Of a stretch of DNA of 64,000 bases, positions 29,396 through 38,732 are shown piece by piece (the first letter of the stretch is position 1; each line of letters starts with the position of its first letter). A model generated the notes under the pieces. The model searched no databases. It was given only the letters and a program-made list of their open reading frames with translations, and was not told the DNA's origin. The stretch covers positions 676 through 64,675 of the IMG/VR virus record IMGVR_UViG_3300048074_000027; one strand, 5' to 3'. A program made the translations under genes and the position numbers. This stretch comes from a virus.

Positions 29396-29730
29396 AGTAA
29401 TTCCTTATGTGATGTTCACAAGGCTGCTATGCGCTTTTCAGCGTTCGCGGGATTCGTCTGCATCGCGGCGTGCGAAACAACGTCTTCCACGGCTTGCCCG
29501 GTCTGGTTAGGTTTTCAATCCTTCAGGTCGCCTTTGCCTGAAAAGTTCTGTTTCACTTCCTCAAGATCAATCTTTCTGCCGTCCGCTACTTTTCTGAGCG
29601 CCTTGCCGGTGTCAATCAGTAATGAGCCGATGCCCTTAACGAGTCCGCCCAGCTTCTCAAGAAAAATAGACCAAAGCCGCGTGTTATCCATTCGCGTGTG
29701 ACAGCGGCACGCGCCGCCTTCCTCTCATTT

Positions 29731-30051
29731 TCACTTGCCCTTGTACGGCGCAAGAATCTCGTTGATCGGCTCGGTTGTCGGATACGCGCACTTCAGATTT
29801 TGAATCATCCGCTGCGCTGTGTACTGGTCAATTTCAATCACGGAATCACGAAGCCAGGTTTTCTTTGCCTTGCCGTCTGTGTGGTCAGTGCTGACAATAT
29901 GAATCCGCATCATCCCCGGCGCTACATCGTCCGGCTGGCCATTCGTGGTCGGGGGCGCAAGCGGGTCAAGTTCGCCGGTCGCAACCAATGCCGCCTGATC
30001 ATCGGCCTTCGCAATCATTTCCTCAATTGAGAGTTTTGCCTTTGCCATCAT
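29731..30051 (-). CDS. Hypothetical protein
   Basis: ORF overlapping the AlkB-like stop codon. Confidence 0.55.
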   Translation of the reverse strand: MMAKAKLSIEEMIAKADDQAALVATGELDPLAPPTTNGQPDDVAPGMMRIHIVSTDHTDGKAKKTWLRDSVIEIDQYTAQRMIQNLKCAYPTTEPINEILAPYKGK

Positions 30052-30566
30052 TTCCTTTTCTTTCTGGAATGCGTAAAGAGCACAATGCTGATTCGCAATT
30101 CATCCGTTTGACTTGGCGGGATTCTGTGTTGGTAAAGCTCTTGGAATCCCGCCCTTGAAACGATCAAATCATTTTCTTCAAGTAACACCTTAGCCTCTGC
30201 TTCATTGCCGTTCCGATGTCGAAATTCCATCACTCTACTTGCGCCGAACGACAGCACGCCCATTTGCGTATTCGGCTCAAGTAGCGGCCCGCCATCAGAA
30301 TGCCAATCCACGTAATCACTGGCAGCGTCGTAACGGACAACAGACACATCATCAAATTCAATCAGCGCATCAAGCCCGGCGCGTTTCAACAGGCGAATCA
30401 GGAAGTGCGCCGCTTCGTTGTTCGTGTTGTCACTTTGCAAGGATCGTGAAAGGTGCATTGCCAGGCGCTCAATGCGCGTGAATGGCAATTCTTTCAGGAA
30501 TTCAAATATCACGGGCAGCGCGATAGACGGTAGTACGTTTTTGTGAACTGCGTAGCCTTCGATCAT
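30048..30566 (-). CDS. AlkB-like 2OG-Fe(II) dioxygenase
   Basis: Y...WHSD (HxD), LSFGASR, HRIP distal His, RISI. Confidence 0.8.
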   Translation of the reverse strand: MIEGYAVHKNVLPSIALPVIFEFLKELPFTRIERLAMHLSRSLQSDNTNNEAAHFLIRLLKRAGLDALIEFDDVSVVRYDAASDYVDWHSDGGPLLEPNTQMGVLSFGASRVMEFRHRNGNEAEAKVLLEENDLIVSRAGFQELYQHRIPPSQTDELRISIVLFTHSRKKRK

Positions 30567-30575
30567 CGGCGACTG

Positions 30576-31109
30576 TTAGACCTGAACTCGAATCGTGCCG
30601 TACCCCTTGCGGACTTCATCTAGGTGAAACATTCCAACAATCGGGAATTCCGCAATCTCATCGCTAATGAAATCAATCCGGCTCGCCGCTTCAAACGTCA
30701 CACGAAATATCTCTAGCCGTATTGACTTATTGCCATCCGCTGAATTGACGCCCTCAAGCAGCAAATAGTATTCGCCAGAATTCCCGTTGGGGTTGAACGT
30801 AAACTCTCTAAACGTCTTACCATCACTGACCGTCTCTGTCCCGTCGCCTCCAAACAGCAACGGCCAGGTTTCTATTTGCCACGCTTCAGGGACTATTTCG
30901 ATTCGACCACTGGAAAACACCGATAATTTAGGGACGTTGCCTAGAAAGCAGAACTCGCCAGGGACGCCATACGCATCGCGCTTGGCAACCATTACCCTGC
31001 CTTGACCGGAGAAGTACTTCGACCGCTGCTTTTCTTGAATCTTGAAGTCAGTCAAACGCATTCCCGATGCCGATTCTTGATGCTCGTTTTTCATAATCCA
31101 CACTCTCAA
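30576..31109 (-). CDS. Shortened paralogue of the major tail protein
   Basis: YFSGQG...FLGNVP and GVNSADGN...RLEIF...FISDE match both ends of 28625..29395. Confidence 0.7.
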   Translation of the reverse strand: MRVWIMKNEHQESASGMRLTDFKIQEKQRSKYFSGQGRVMVAKRDAYGVPGEFCFLGNVPKLSVFSSGRIEIVPEAWQIETWPLLFGGDGTETVSDGKTFREFTFNPNGNSGEYYLLLEGVNSADGNKSIRLEIFRVTFEAASRIDFISDEIAEFPIVGMFHLDEVRKGYGTIRVQV

Positions 31110-31654
31110 TCTGCCGGTGTTCGGTAAAGCTCAACGTCCAATCTACACGCCGCAAAGTGCGCCCATTCCGCGCCCATCGAAACAATGTCCAAATCCGCCT
31201 CAACTTGAAGCTCGCCGTGTTGCTTAATGCGCGAACCGCCGCCGCATTCCGTTGTGGCAATGTTCAGCCGGGGATTGCGGGCAAACACTTCGATTACATC
31301 ATCAAGCAAATCAATGAACGTCTCTGTCGAGTCCGTGTTGGCGGCTTCGCTTCCGTGCGCGTAACGGTACAAAAACCAAATCTTGTAACTGATCTTTGAA
31401 TCCAACCGGTAACTTGTCGCCGGATCGCTTGCATCCCAGGCGACGGAACCAACGCGGCTATTCTCGCTGCGCCCGCGCCCAATCATCCATCCGTGAATCT
31501 TGCCCGTGTCCGCGCCGCTTGTCGGCTTGAGCAAGTTCGCGTTTTCGCCCGTCACCACATCCAAAACAAACTTGGGCAAAACAATGGCGGCGGTGTCTAC
31601 GCTTTCAATGAGCGCCTTAATCGCGTTCCTGATTGCAAGGTCATTGGGTAGCAT
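31106..31654 (-). CDS. Tail terminator / completion protein
   Basis: Synteny, size. Confidence 0.6.
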   Translation of the reverse strand: MLPNDLAIRNAIKALIESVDTAAIVLPKFVLDVVTGENANLLKPTSGADTGKIHGWMIGRGRSENSRVGSVAWDASDPATSYRLDSKISYKIWFLYRYAHGSEAANTDSTETFIDLLDDVIEVFARNPRLNIATTECGGGSRIKQHGELQVEADLDIVSMGAEWAHFAACRLDVELYRTPAD

Positions 31655-31844
31655 TTGCCTTCGCTTCCGGCCAAGCCTGCCGCTTCGCCGCTTCCATTTC
31701 CGCAATCAGCTTGTCAACATCTTCCGGCGTCCGAAACGATACCCAGACTGTGCATCCGTCGCATTCCGCCAGCCAGACGCGCCCGCCGTTGGCGAATACT
31801 TCCACGGGCGGATTATCCTTCGCTGATTGTGCGCTTGAGTTCAT
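31641..31844 (-). CDS. Small hypothetical protein
   Basis: Overlaps both neighbours. Confidence 0.45.
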   Translation of the reverse strand: MNSSAQSAKDNPPVEVFANGGRVWLAECDGCTVWVSFRTPEDVDKLIAEMEAAKRQAWPEAKANATQ

Positions 31845-32298
31845 CGGTAAAAATCTCTTCAATCCGTGGCGTTGCCGTTTCCATCGCCCGTTCCATAAAC
31901 AACTTCGGCTTCACGCCTCGCTTGCCAATCACCGCCGCAATCGCAAAAGCCACTTGGCGAATATCGCGCCCGCCTGTGTCTATCGGTTTGAGCGCAATCC
32001 ATTTCACAATTGCATTAACGGGCGGTCGCTTGCCGGGCTTGCGGCCATAGTTCGCAAAGGACGCATAGGTCAACGCGGAACCAATAAGCCAGGCTTTGAT
32101 TGCACCGCGAGTTTCAAACACCTTTTCAACAGAGCGAAGCAGCGAAAATGAAGCGATTGCGCCGCTTTGAATAATGCCGGATCGTACTTCCTCGACCGTT
32201 GCACGTCCGCTGGCTTCGTGCGCCACATCAAGCGCTTTGCCGAGCCGGGCAGGGAGCGATTGAAGGGCAGGGGAGATTGTGATTGCGACTTCAGCCAT
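31813..32298 (-). CDS. HK97 gp10-like neck protein
   Basis: YASFANYGRKPG...GVKPKLFMERA. Confidence 0.75.
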   Translation of the reverse strand: MAEVAITISPALQSLPARLGKALDVAHEASGRATVEEVRSGIIQSGAIASFSLLRSVEKVFETRGAIKAWLIGSALTYASFANYGRKPGKRPPVNAIVKWIALKPIDTGGRDIRQVAFAIAAVIGKRGVKPKLFMERAMETATPRIEEIFTDELKRTISEG

Positions 32299-32652
32299 CT
32301 ATACAGCCTCGCCCGTCGCGGAACAGGTTAGCAGCCAAACGAGCGGCGCACCTTCCGGTTCGCGTTTCCCTTTGATCTTATATCGCTTCTGATTGAAAAC
32401 AACTGTTGCCGCGTACCGCCTCACATCTGTCGGATTCCAATGCGGCGTTTCCGCGACTAATACCTGCAATTCCTGTTCGCCTGTCGTTCGATCTTCCGTA
32501 AATTCCGCGTACCATCCAGCGGTAATCGTTCTGCCCGTTTGCGCGTATCCGGTTGCGGTGGCTCTTTCCATTTTCAACCCAGTCGTCATCTTTCGCAGCC
32601 GACGAAGTCGGTCATACGTATGAATCATTTGGTTGGTCATCTGGTCAGCCAT
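32299..32652 (-). CDS. Head closure / stopper protein
   Basis: Synteny; KRYKIKG...WLLTC. Confidence 0.6.
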   Translation of the reverse strand: MADQMTNQMIHTYDRLRRLRKMTTGLKMERATATGYAQTGRTITAGWYAEFTEDRTTGEQELQVLVAETPHWNPTDVRRYAATVVFNQKRYKIKGKREPEGAPLVWLLTCSATGEAV

Positions 32653-32653
32653 C

Positions 32654-33193
32654 TTAATTCCGAAGCGTTCCGCCACTCACGCCTGACAAAAACGGTTCAA
32701 GTAAATCGTAAACCGCCTGCGGTAACGCTTTTTGCCCCGCGCTTCTTGACGTGCTCGCAGTGGGAGCGATTCGTACAACGCCCGTTCTGATTTCCACGTT
32801 TTCGATACTTTCAGGATTTAACCACCAATCATCTACACTGGCGATGATTGCCATCTCGCACTGCGCTTCCGCGATTGGCAGCGGCACGGCGTCATCAGTC
32901 CAAATACGTCCGCGCTTGTCCGTCCAATCTCCACTCGATGGCGTCGCTCCAGTTCCAGGCTGCGGTTGATACGTTGCCAAACGCGGAAACTCAAGCGCCT
33001 GGGTAGTTGTTGCCCGTGAGCCAATATATTTCTGTTTTTCAATGATCCGCATCACGCGATAGAGCAAACCTTCCGGCTCTTGAATCGCTTGCCATTCGGA
33101 TAATCTACCGGTCGCATCAAAGTACGTATCCGCGATTGTCACGTCCGCGTAGCTGTTCGCATTCGAGGCTCCCGCTGTGATAATCAGCGCCAT
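32654..33193 (-). CDS. Head-tail adaptor (DnaT-like family)
   Basis: ANSYADVTIADTYF...QALEFPR...PIAEAQCEMA. Confidence 0.75.
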   Translation of the reverse strand: MALIITAGASNANSYADVTIADTYFDATGRLSEWQAIQEPEGLLYRVMRIIEKQKYIGSRATTTQALEFPRLATYQPQPGTGATPSSGDWTDKRGRIWTDDAVPLPIAEAQCEMAIIASVDDWWLNPESIENVEIRTGVVRIAPTASTSRSAGQKALPQAVYDLLEPFLSGVSGGTLRN

Positions 33194-34161
33194 TATGCCC
33201 CCGCTCGCTGATGCAAAAAGACACTCACGCCACCGACAATCAGCGCATTTGCCAGCGTAATCTGACTGCCGCCCGGCACTCGGTCATTTGATGCGCCTTG
33301 CACGTCGCCAATTGCACCGTGCGCCGAATCTGCCCACGCGCCGCCGAAGTTGCCATTGACCGCAATCGCGGACTGAATCATCATTCCGTTTCGGTAAAGC
33401 TCGACTTTGCCAGTTCCAGGCTCAACAGAGATGACGAATCGAAGCGGGTCAAGCCCTCCGCGAAGCAGGGAAGATGACCAGACACCACTTGCCAGCGTTT
33501 TCGCTACAGAAATCGAATTGCCGCCCGTGCCTGATGTTTTCGCCGTTGCGATCATCGTATCACCTGCGCCCGCCGAAGCTGTCACGGTCGGATGTAGCGT
33601 TGTTGCCGCCGCATACAGCGTGCCTGAGCCAGCGCTGAGATTGATTGCGGCAATTAAGTTATCAATTGAATCTGACGCCGAAGCGCCAATCAGCACATTG
33701 CCGTTGACATTCGTCAAGACAGTCTGAAAGGTGTACGCCTTGCCGTCAATCGTCACCGTCTGACCATTCCCCGCATTGCCCGAAAGCGTCAGCGTAGCTT
33801 TTGCAACCGTCAGCAGCATCGCATCCGCTGCATTGAGCGTCACGCCATCATCCGCACTGCCTGAGCCAGCGCCAGCGGCTACGTTTACATCACCGTCATC
33901 AACCCAAACCGCAAGGCCGCGAGTATCACTGCCAAAGTCCAACACTAGCCCAGCGCCGACACCGGAGCGCGAAAGCGAAAAGGCGAACGTAACTGGCTGT
34001 TCGCGGGATGTGTCGTCACCGAAAACCGCCGCCGTATCAATGTCTGTGTCCGCAATCGTAAAGCTATGCGTTCTGTACAGCGCGGATGCAGGATCGCGGA
34101 GCGCCCTGCGATTCTTGCGCTGATAATAACGGACAGTTGACAGTTGCGATAATGAAATCAT
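33193..34161 (-). CDS. Virion structural protein with an inserted beta-rich domain
   Basis: Gly/Ala/Thr-rich; head module. Confidence 0.6.
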   Translation of the reverse strand: MISLSQLSTVRYYQRKNRRALRDPASALYRTHSFTIADTDIDTAAVFGDDTSREQPVTFAFSLSRSGVGAGLVLDFGSDTRGLAVWVDDGDVNVAAGAGSGSADDGVTLNAADAMLLTVAKATLTLSGNAGNGQTVTIDGKAYTFQTVLTNVNGNVLIGASASDSIDNLIAAINLSAGSGTLYAAATTLHPTVTASAGAGDTMIATAKTSGTGGNSISVAKTLASGVWSSSLLRGGLDPLRFVISVEPGTGKVELYRNGMMIQSAIAVNGNFGGAWADSAHGAIGDVQGASNDRVPGGSQITLANALIVGGVSVFLHQRAGA

Positions 34162-34586
34162 TGAACGACTTTACCCGCGAGCGGACGATGCGGAAACTTA
34201 TTGCGATTCTTTGACGCAATCGCAGCATCAAGCGGCGAAACGTGGATCGGCGCAAGCTCGGACGGATTTACGCCGAGCGCGACAATCTCATTAAGCCGTT
34301 GCACGCGGTTTGCCCTGACTTCCGTGCTGCGTTCGATGACTTTTTGAATCTCCAATTGGTTTTCGTGTGGGCTTTTGACGCCCTCGATTGCAACTGTCAA
34401 TTCATCAATCTGCTCAACGAGCGCGGCGCGTTTTGCCTGCAATGCCCGCATTGAGGCATCAAGATCAGTCAGTTCCGCCTCAAGCTGAATCTTCTGCTCT
34501 GACGGCGTAAGGGCTTGCGCCGCTTCCTTTGATCGCTCATCAGGAAGCGGCCAAGCTTCTTTTAGTTCTGTTTGCTTCTTAGCCAT
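34158..34586 (-). CDS. Coiled-coil head-associated protein
   Basis: Position after the capsid genes. Confidence 0.55.
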   Translation of the reverse strand: MAKKQTELKEAWPLPDERSKEAAQALTPSEQKIQLEAELTDLDASMRALQAKRAALVEQIDELTVAIEGVKSPHENQLEIQKVIERSTEVRANRVQRLNEIVALGVNPSELAPIHVSPLDAAIASKNRNKFPHRPLAGKVVQ

Positions 34587-34591
34587 AATCT

Positions 34592-35491
34592 TTAAGCGTA
34601 ATAATCCACGATAACCGCCGTCGCATCGAGCGCAGTGGAAAGCGTGATTGTGTTTGATTCGAGCGCTGATGCGCTGACAGCAACCGTCGGCGCAGTGCCT
34701 TCCCTGACATTTGCCAGGAACGCGGCAATGACCTGATTGCGGCTGAACTTCTGCGGAAGCCCAAGCTTCGCGCCGGTTCCAAATGCCGTTGTTGCCGCCG
34801 TGCCATCGTGAATCGGCAAGTCAATATACGTGACGGTCTGGAAGGCTTTATTGCCAACAACAGTCGTTCCTGAGTTTTCCGTGAAAACCGGCAACGTCTC
34901 GCTAATTGCTGCGCCTGCCTTGTTCGTTCCGACAACGACTGCCTGAATGTTGTTGATGTCGGCAGCGGTTCCGCCGCTTGTCGCTGTGATATTGCGCGGC
35001 ACTGCCGGATTCGTGATGGTTGCGGTTTTGATGACAGAGGCAACGCCCAAGTCTGTAAATGCAGCCAGCACTCCGTCAACCGTTTCTTCGTAGACGCCAA
35101 CGCTGGTTGTTGCGCCTAAACCATCGTGCGCGGGGATTTCAATAGACGTGATTGTCTTGAAGCTGCCAACGCTGGTCACAGTCCCCGCTGTGTTGACAGT
35201 AAATACGGGCAGCGATTCCGTGAGCGGATCGCCAGCGGCATCCGTGCCAATCACAATGACCTGAATGGCCTTAATGTCAGCGGCGGTTCCGCCTGCGGTT
35301 GCTGTAATGCGCTTCGCGGTTCCCCGGCTCCATAGTGTGGTCGCATTGTAGAAGCGATGGAATTTCCCGTCATCTGTGAATGCGGCCATCACTGCCGTTG
35401 TAGCGCCAAGCGCGGGCGATCCGGGCGCAAAACTGCGAATTTCCAGAAAGCGCCGATTTCGATCAATCGAACGTGGTAGACCTTTTGACAT
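34592..35491 (-). CDS. Putative capsid decoration protein with a tandem duplicated domain
   Basis: Two AAFTD...TAT(A/S)GGTAADI...LPVFT...HDG repeats; follows the capsid gene. Confidence 0.65.
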   Translation of the reverse strand: MSKGLPRSIDRNRRFLEIRSFAPGSPALGATTAVMAAFTDDGKFHRFYNATTLWSRGTAKRITATAGGTAADIKAIQVIVIGTDAAGDPLTESLPVFTVNTAGTVTSVGSFKTITSIEIPAHDGLGATTSVGVYEETVDGVLAAFTDLGVASVIKTATITNPAVPRNITATSGGTAADINNIQAVVVGTNKAGAAISETLPVFTENSGTTVVGNKAFQTVTYIDLPIHDGTAATTAFGTGAKLGLPQKFSRNQVIAAFLANVREGTAPTVAVSASALESNTITLSTALDATAVIVDYYA

Positions 35492-35561
35492 TTCGTGTTC
35501 CTCCGAATTGAAAGACTACAAGGGCGCAGCTAAACCACGCCCTTACGGTGATGCCATTAGC

Positions 35562-36590
35562 TTAGGCTTCGCGGGTAATGAGCCGGGCAATTTTGACTTG
35601 CTTTCGCTCCGGGTAGACACGCATCCAGCTATCCGCGTGCGCCAGATTGCCCGATGTTGCGGCGTTTGCAGGCCCGCCCGATGTGACCGTGCCGACGAAC
35701 TTGTTGCCAACAGGGTGCATAATCAATTCCCAGCGATGATGCAGCGTTTCGCCGCCGCCGCCGTTGCCGGAAAGCGGATTACGGAATGTCTCTGTTGGTG
35801 TCTTTGGCCCGCCCTGCCCAAGCCGGACAGCGCCACGCCCAAAGAGCCAGGTATTGTAGACGCTGGTTGCTTTCGGCATCGCGTCATCAACGATAACTTG
35901 CACGCCTTGAAACGTCGGGATATTAACCACGCCTTGAGAGTCAGGTATGAAGTCAATCAAATTGTTTTTCTGCATCCGCGCATAAACAACCGAATGCACC
36001 ATCATCAACGCCAAATCATCCATCGAATCGCCCATCGTCAACTTAGCATCAATGAAAGCTTCGGCAGAGAAGTTCGTTACGCCGTCTGTAAATGACGATC
36101 CTGAAATGTCGTTCGTCATATCGCCCGCCGTATGCTCGGAGCCAGACGGCGCAGCGGCATTGTCGGCAAACAGGCCGGTGATGGTTGCGACGAATACATC
36201 CTGATACCGGCGCGCACGATACGCTGCAACACGTGAAGCGATGGACGCCATCGGGTCGCTTCCTGCCAAGTCGCCCGCAAGGTCTGACGTTTGCCAGACT
36301 TGGTTGCGGCTCAAGCGGACAAAGATTTCATCCACTGCGGCGGTTTTCTTTGGCGTGGCATCGGAGACGGTAGGGAGTGCGTCAGACGATACGTTGTCCG
36401 CATCGTCGGCGAGGTCTTTCCAGCTTGGCGCGTTGCCGGTGTTGCCGCCTCCCAAAAGGAATTGGTCAAGCATCGGCTCGCTGACGAGTGCGCCGGAACC
36501 GATGAGGCGCGATTTGACTTCGGTGAGTTGTTGAACGTAGGGGTTAAATACTTCAGGGACGATAACGTCCGCGATCTGTGTACCTGCCAT
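35562..36590 (-). CDS. Major capsid protein
   Basis: DVIVPEVFNPYV start, ~340 aa, follows scaffold. Confidence 0.9.
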   Translation of the reverse strand: MAGTQIADVIVPEVFNPYVQQLTEVKSRLIGSGALVSEPMLDQFLLGGGNTGNAPSWKDLADDADNVSSDALPTVSDATPKKTAAVDEIFVRLSRNQVWQTSDLAGDLAGSDPMASIASRVAAYRARRYQDVFVATITGLFADNAAAPSGSEHTAGDMTNDISGSSFTDGVTNFSAEAFIDAKLTMGDSMDDLALMMVHSVVYARMQKNNLIDFIPDSQGVVNIPTFQGVQVIVDDAMPKATSVYNTWLFGRGAVRLGQGGPKTPTETFRNPLSGNGGGGETLHHRWELIMHPVGNKFVGTVTSGGPANAATSGNLAHADSWMRVYPERKQVKIARLITREA

Positions 36591-36698
36591 ATAAAGCTCC
36601 AATTTGCTGTCAAATCAGAGCCGCGTCCATGACCCGCCCTGTAGGTTTCATTTAAGGCCCGATGTCATCATCCGGCCCGGTTACAATGCTTCAAGAAT

Positions 36699-37550
36699 CT
36701 ATGCGGCCTTTGCCTGCGGTTTTGCACCGCCAATGGATGTCCCGGCTTGCTTGGCCAACTGTTGCGCCTTTTCCATTCCGTGTTTGCTGATGTACTGTCC
36801 CTGATCGGTCAGGTTCCAGTTCTCGCCTTTCCACGGATTCAAACCACTGCCGCCGTTGCCCGTGTCGCCGCGTGCGCCACCGCCTTCACTTGGCCCCCAC
36901 CACAACGGGCGCTTGGCCTGCATTTCGCTAAACCATATGTCAGCGGTAATGCCGGGCGTCACGCCTACGCCGTCTTTCGTGACGACGCGGCCATCGCTGG
37001 AAATCTCAAACATCCGTTCCGCATTAAGTAAAATATCTTCTTCCGCTTCCTGCGCTGCCTTGACTTGCACGCGAGCTTTGCGGACTTCATCGGTAATCAA
37101 TCGCAATCTGTCTTTCGTTTCCAGTCCGATCAGCTTTTCCGTCGCGGTTTTCAGCTTTTCTTCCGTTAGTGTCTTTTCGCGCTCAATCGGTGCAAGCTTC
37201 GTCTTGAGGCGGCTTTCGACAATCTCATTCAACTTGGCCTCATCAACCTTGCCGCTTGCTGCGGTTTTAAGTTCGTCGTATCCATCGAATGCCTCAATGA
37301 CGGTTTTCAACTGATCGTCGGACATTTCCACGATAGATTGATTGTCAAAGTGAAGCGGTCGCAAACGATCCTTCGTGCCTTTGTGCGCGAGTCGTTCCGC
37401 GTCCAGGCTTCGCTGTACCCGGTCAACATCTTCCTGCGTTTTCAGCCCTGCGATGCCGGTCAGTTGCCATTTGCCGTTCCGTTCCGTGAACAATTCCCGG
37501 TGATTTTCGGGAATGTCGTCTTGCTTTTCGTAAACAAGATTCAACGCCAT
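36699..37550 (-). CDS. Capsid scaffolding protein
   Basis: Coiled coil; SEGGGARG...NPW...WNLTDQG C-terminus. Confidence 0.8.
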   Translation of the reverse strand: MALNLVYEKQDDIPENHRELFTERNGKWQLTGIAGLKTQEDVDRVQRSLDAERLAHKGTKDRLRPLHFDNQSIVEMSDDQLKTVIEAFDGYDELKTAASGKVDEAKLNEIVESRLKTKLAPIEREKTLTEEKLKTATEKLIGLETKDRLRLITDEVRKARVQVKAAQEAEEDILLNAERMFEISSDGRVVTKDGVGVTPGITADIWFSEMQAKRPLWWGPSEGGGARGDTGNGGSGLNPWKGENWNLTDQGQYISKHGMEKAQQLAKQAGTSIGGAKPQAKAA

Positions 37551-37620
37551 GCGCAAATCCTTTGTGTGTTACCTTGCCGGATCAATCCGCCAAGTGCGCC
37601 GTGGTCAACCAAAGCGCGGA

Positions 37621-37778
37621 GAAGGAGTGCCGCCCCAGAGGGGCAAACGACGACCCCCCGCCCTCGGCAGTGAAGCAGTGCGGCGCGACTTAGCGACGCC
37701 TGCGGAATGGAGACGGGCGAGGGCTGCCTTTTGTCTTCCGCCCGCCCCGCTGCCCCGTTTCGGCTACGCCGGATGGCG
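37621..37778 (-). repeat. Element B, copy 2
   Basis: Starts immediately after the stop of 37779..37991; aligns to B1 and B3. Confidence 0.85.
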
Positions 37779-37991
37779 CTAAGTATTCAGCTTAAGCCAA
37801 CCTCGAAGAAACTGAATCTCTTTGGATTGAGCCTCAATTACCCTGCGAGCAAATTTATCGATCTCGCCAGAAAGCCCGGTTTTGATAACTTTTTCGGACA
37901 TCTCAATCGCCATTTGGTGATGCGGAATCATTTCCTTAGCGTACTTGATGTCATTCTTGATGTCGTACTGTGAAGATGAAGGCATTTCCAT
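37779..37991 (-). CDS. DUF305-like (ferritin-like) small protein
   Basis: MIPHHQMAIEM...IEAQSKEI motif. Confidence 0.75.
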   Translation of the reverse strand: MEMPSSSQYDIKNDIKYAKEMIPHHQMAIEMSEKVIKTGLSGEIDKFARRVIEAQSKEIQFLRGWLKLNT

Positions 37992-38028
37992 TTTATTTAT
38001 CCTTTTTGGTTCATTAGGCACTGTTGAT

Positions 38029-38367
38029 TTATAAGCTTGACGCGGAGCGAGAGCGCACGGCAAGTATTTGCTTGTGATATTCAAGATCGCGCTGCAATGA
38101 TTCGATCATCAGTTTTTGCTTTCCAATGATCTCATTGCCCCCATTGATTTGCCTTTGTTTTGAGGCTAGTTCAAGGGATACAGCGGAGTTGGCAGCGTCT
38201 AGCCCATTTGCGAAATGGCTAATCCGGCAATGGTGGCAATTGCAATCCTGCTCGCAAGCGTCCCACTGCGCGCACTTCGGAAATTTCTCTTCCTGCAAAT
38301 CGCGCAGGAAGTCTGCGGCTTCGCCAATTTCGAGATAGTCAGTGTTAGGTGAAAGATGGTTATTCAT
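38029..38367 (-). CDS. Hypothetical protein with Cys/His cluster and coiled coil
   Basis: ATG 6 nt after GTTAAT of element A2; CAQWDACEQDCNCHHC. Confidence 0.6.
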   Translation of the reverse strand: MNNHLSPNTDYLEIGEAADFLRDLQEEKFPKCAQWDACEQDCNCHHCRISHFANGLDAANSAVSLELASKQRQINGGNEIIGKQKLMIESLQRDLEYHKQILAVRSRSASSL

Positions 38368-38373
38368 AATGGC

Positions 38374-38518
38374 ATTAACGGACAAAAGGACGACCGTGTG
38401 CAACTTATTTTCGCAACCCGCCCACTTCAAGAAAACCCGAAGGGGCGGCGGAATCTGTAGAAACGAGCGGCACCCCAGAGGGGTGGTAAGCGAGTCACTC
38501 CTGGCGGGCGGAACTCCG
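38374..38518 (-). repeat. Element A, copy 2 (ends in TTGCAC-18-GTTAAT promoter)
   Basis: Aligns along its length to A1. Confidence 0.85.
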
Positions 38519-38660
38519 CTAAACCAAAAGCGCGACAGTCGTCCCTTTCGGAATAACTGCCGCGCTCATCTCGGTCACGATAGCCTTGTTGAGAAGTGGT
38601 GTCAGCCCATTGGGTTCATGATTCCCAAACTGCGCGCGCGGACTGACATAAATTAAGATA

Positions 38661-38732
38661 TTGCGGCGATGGGAATTGAACCCACTATTTCAAGGTTATG
38701 AGCCTTGCGACTTACCGGTCGTCCTCACCGCG
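38661..38732 (-). tRNA. tRNA with CAT anticodon, initiator (fMet)-like; no encoded CCA
   Basis: Cloverleaf: CAAGG-CT CAT AA-CCTTG, TTCAATT T-loop, C1:A72 mismatch, A11:U24. Confidence 0.8.
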
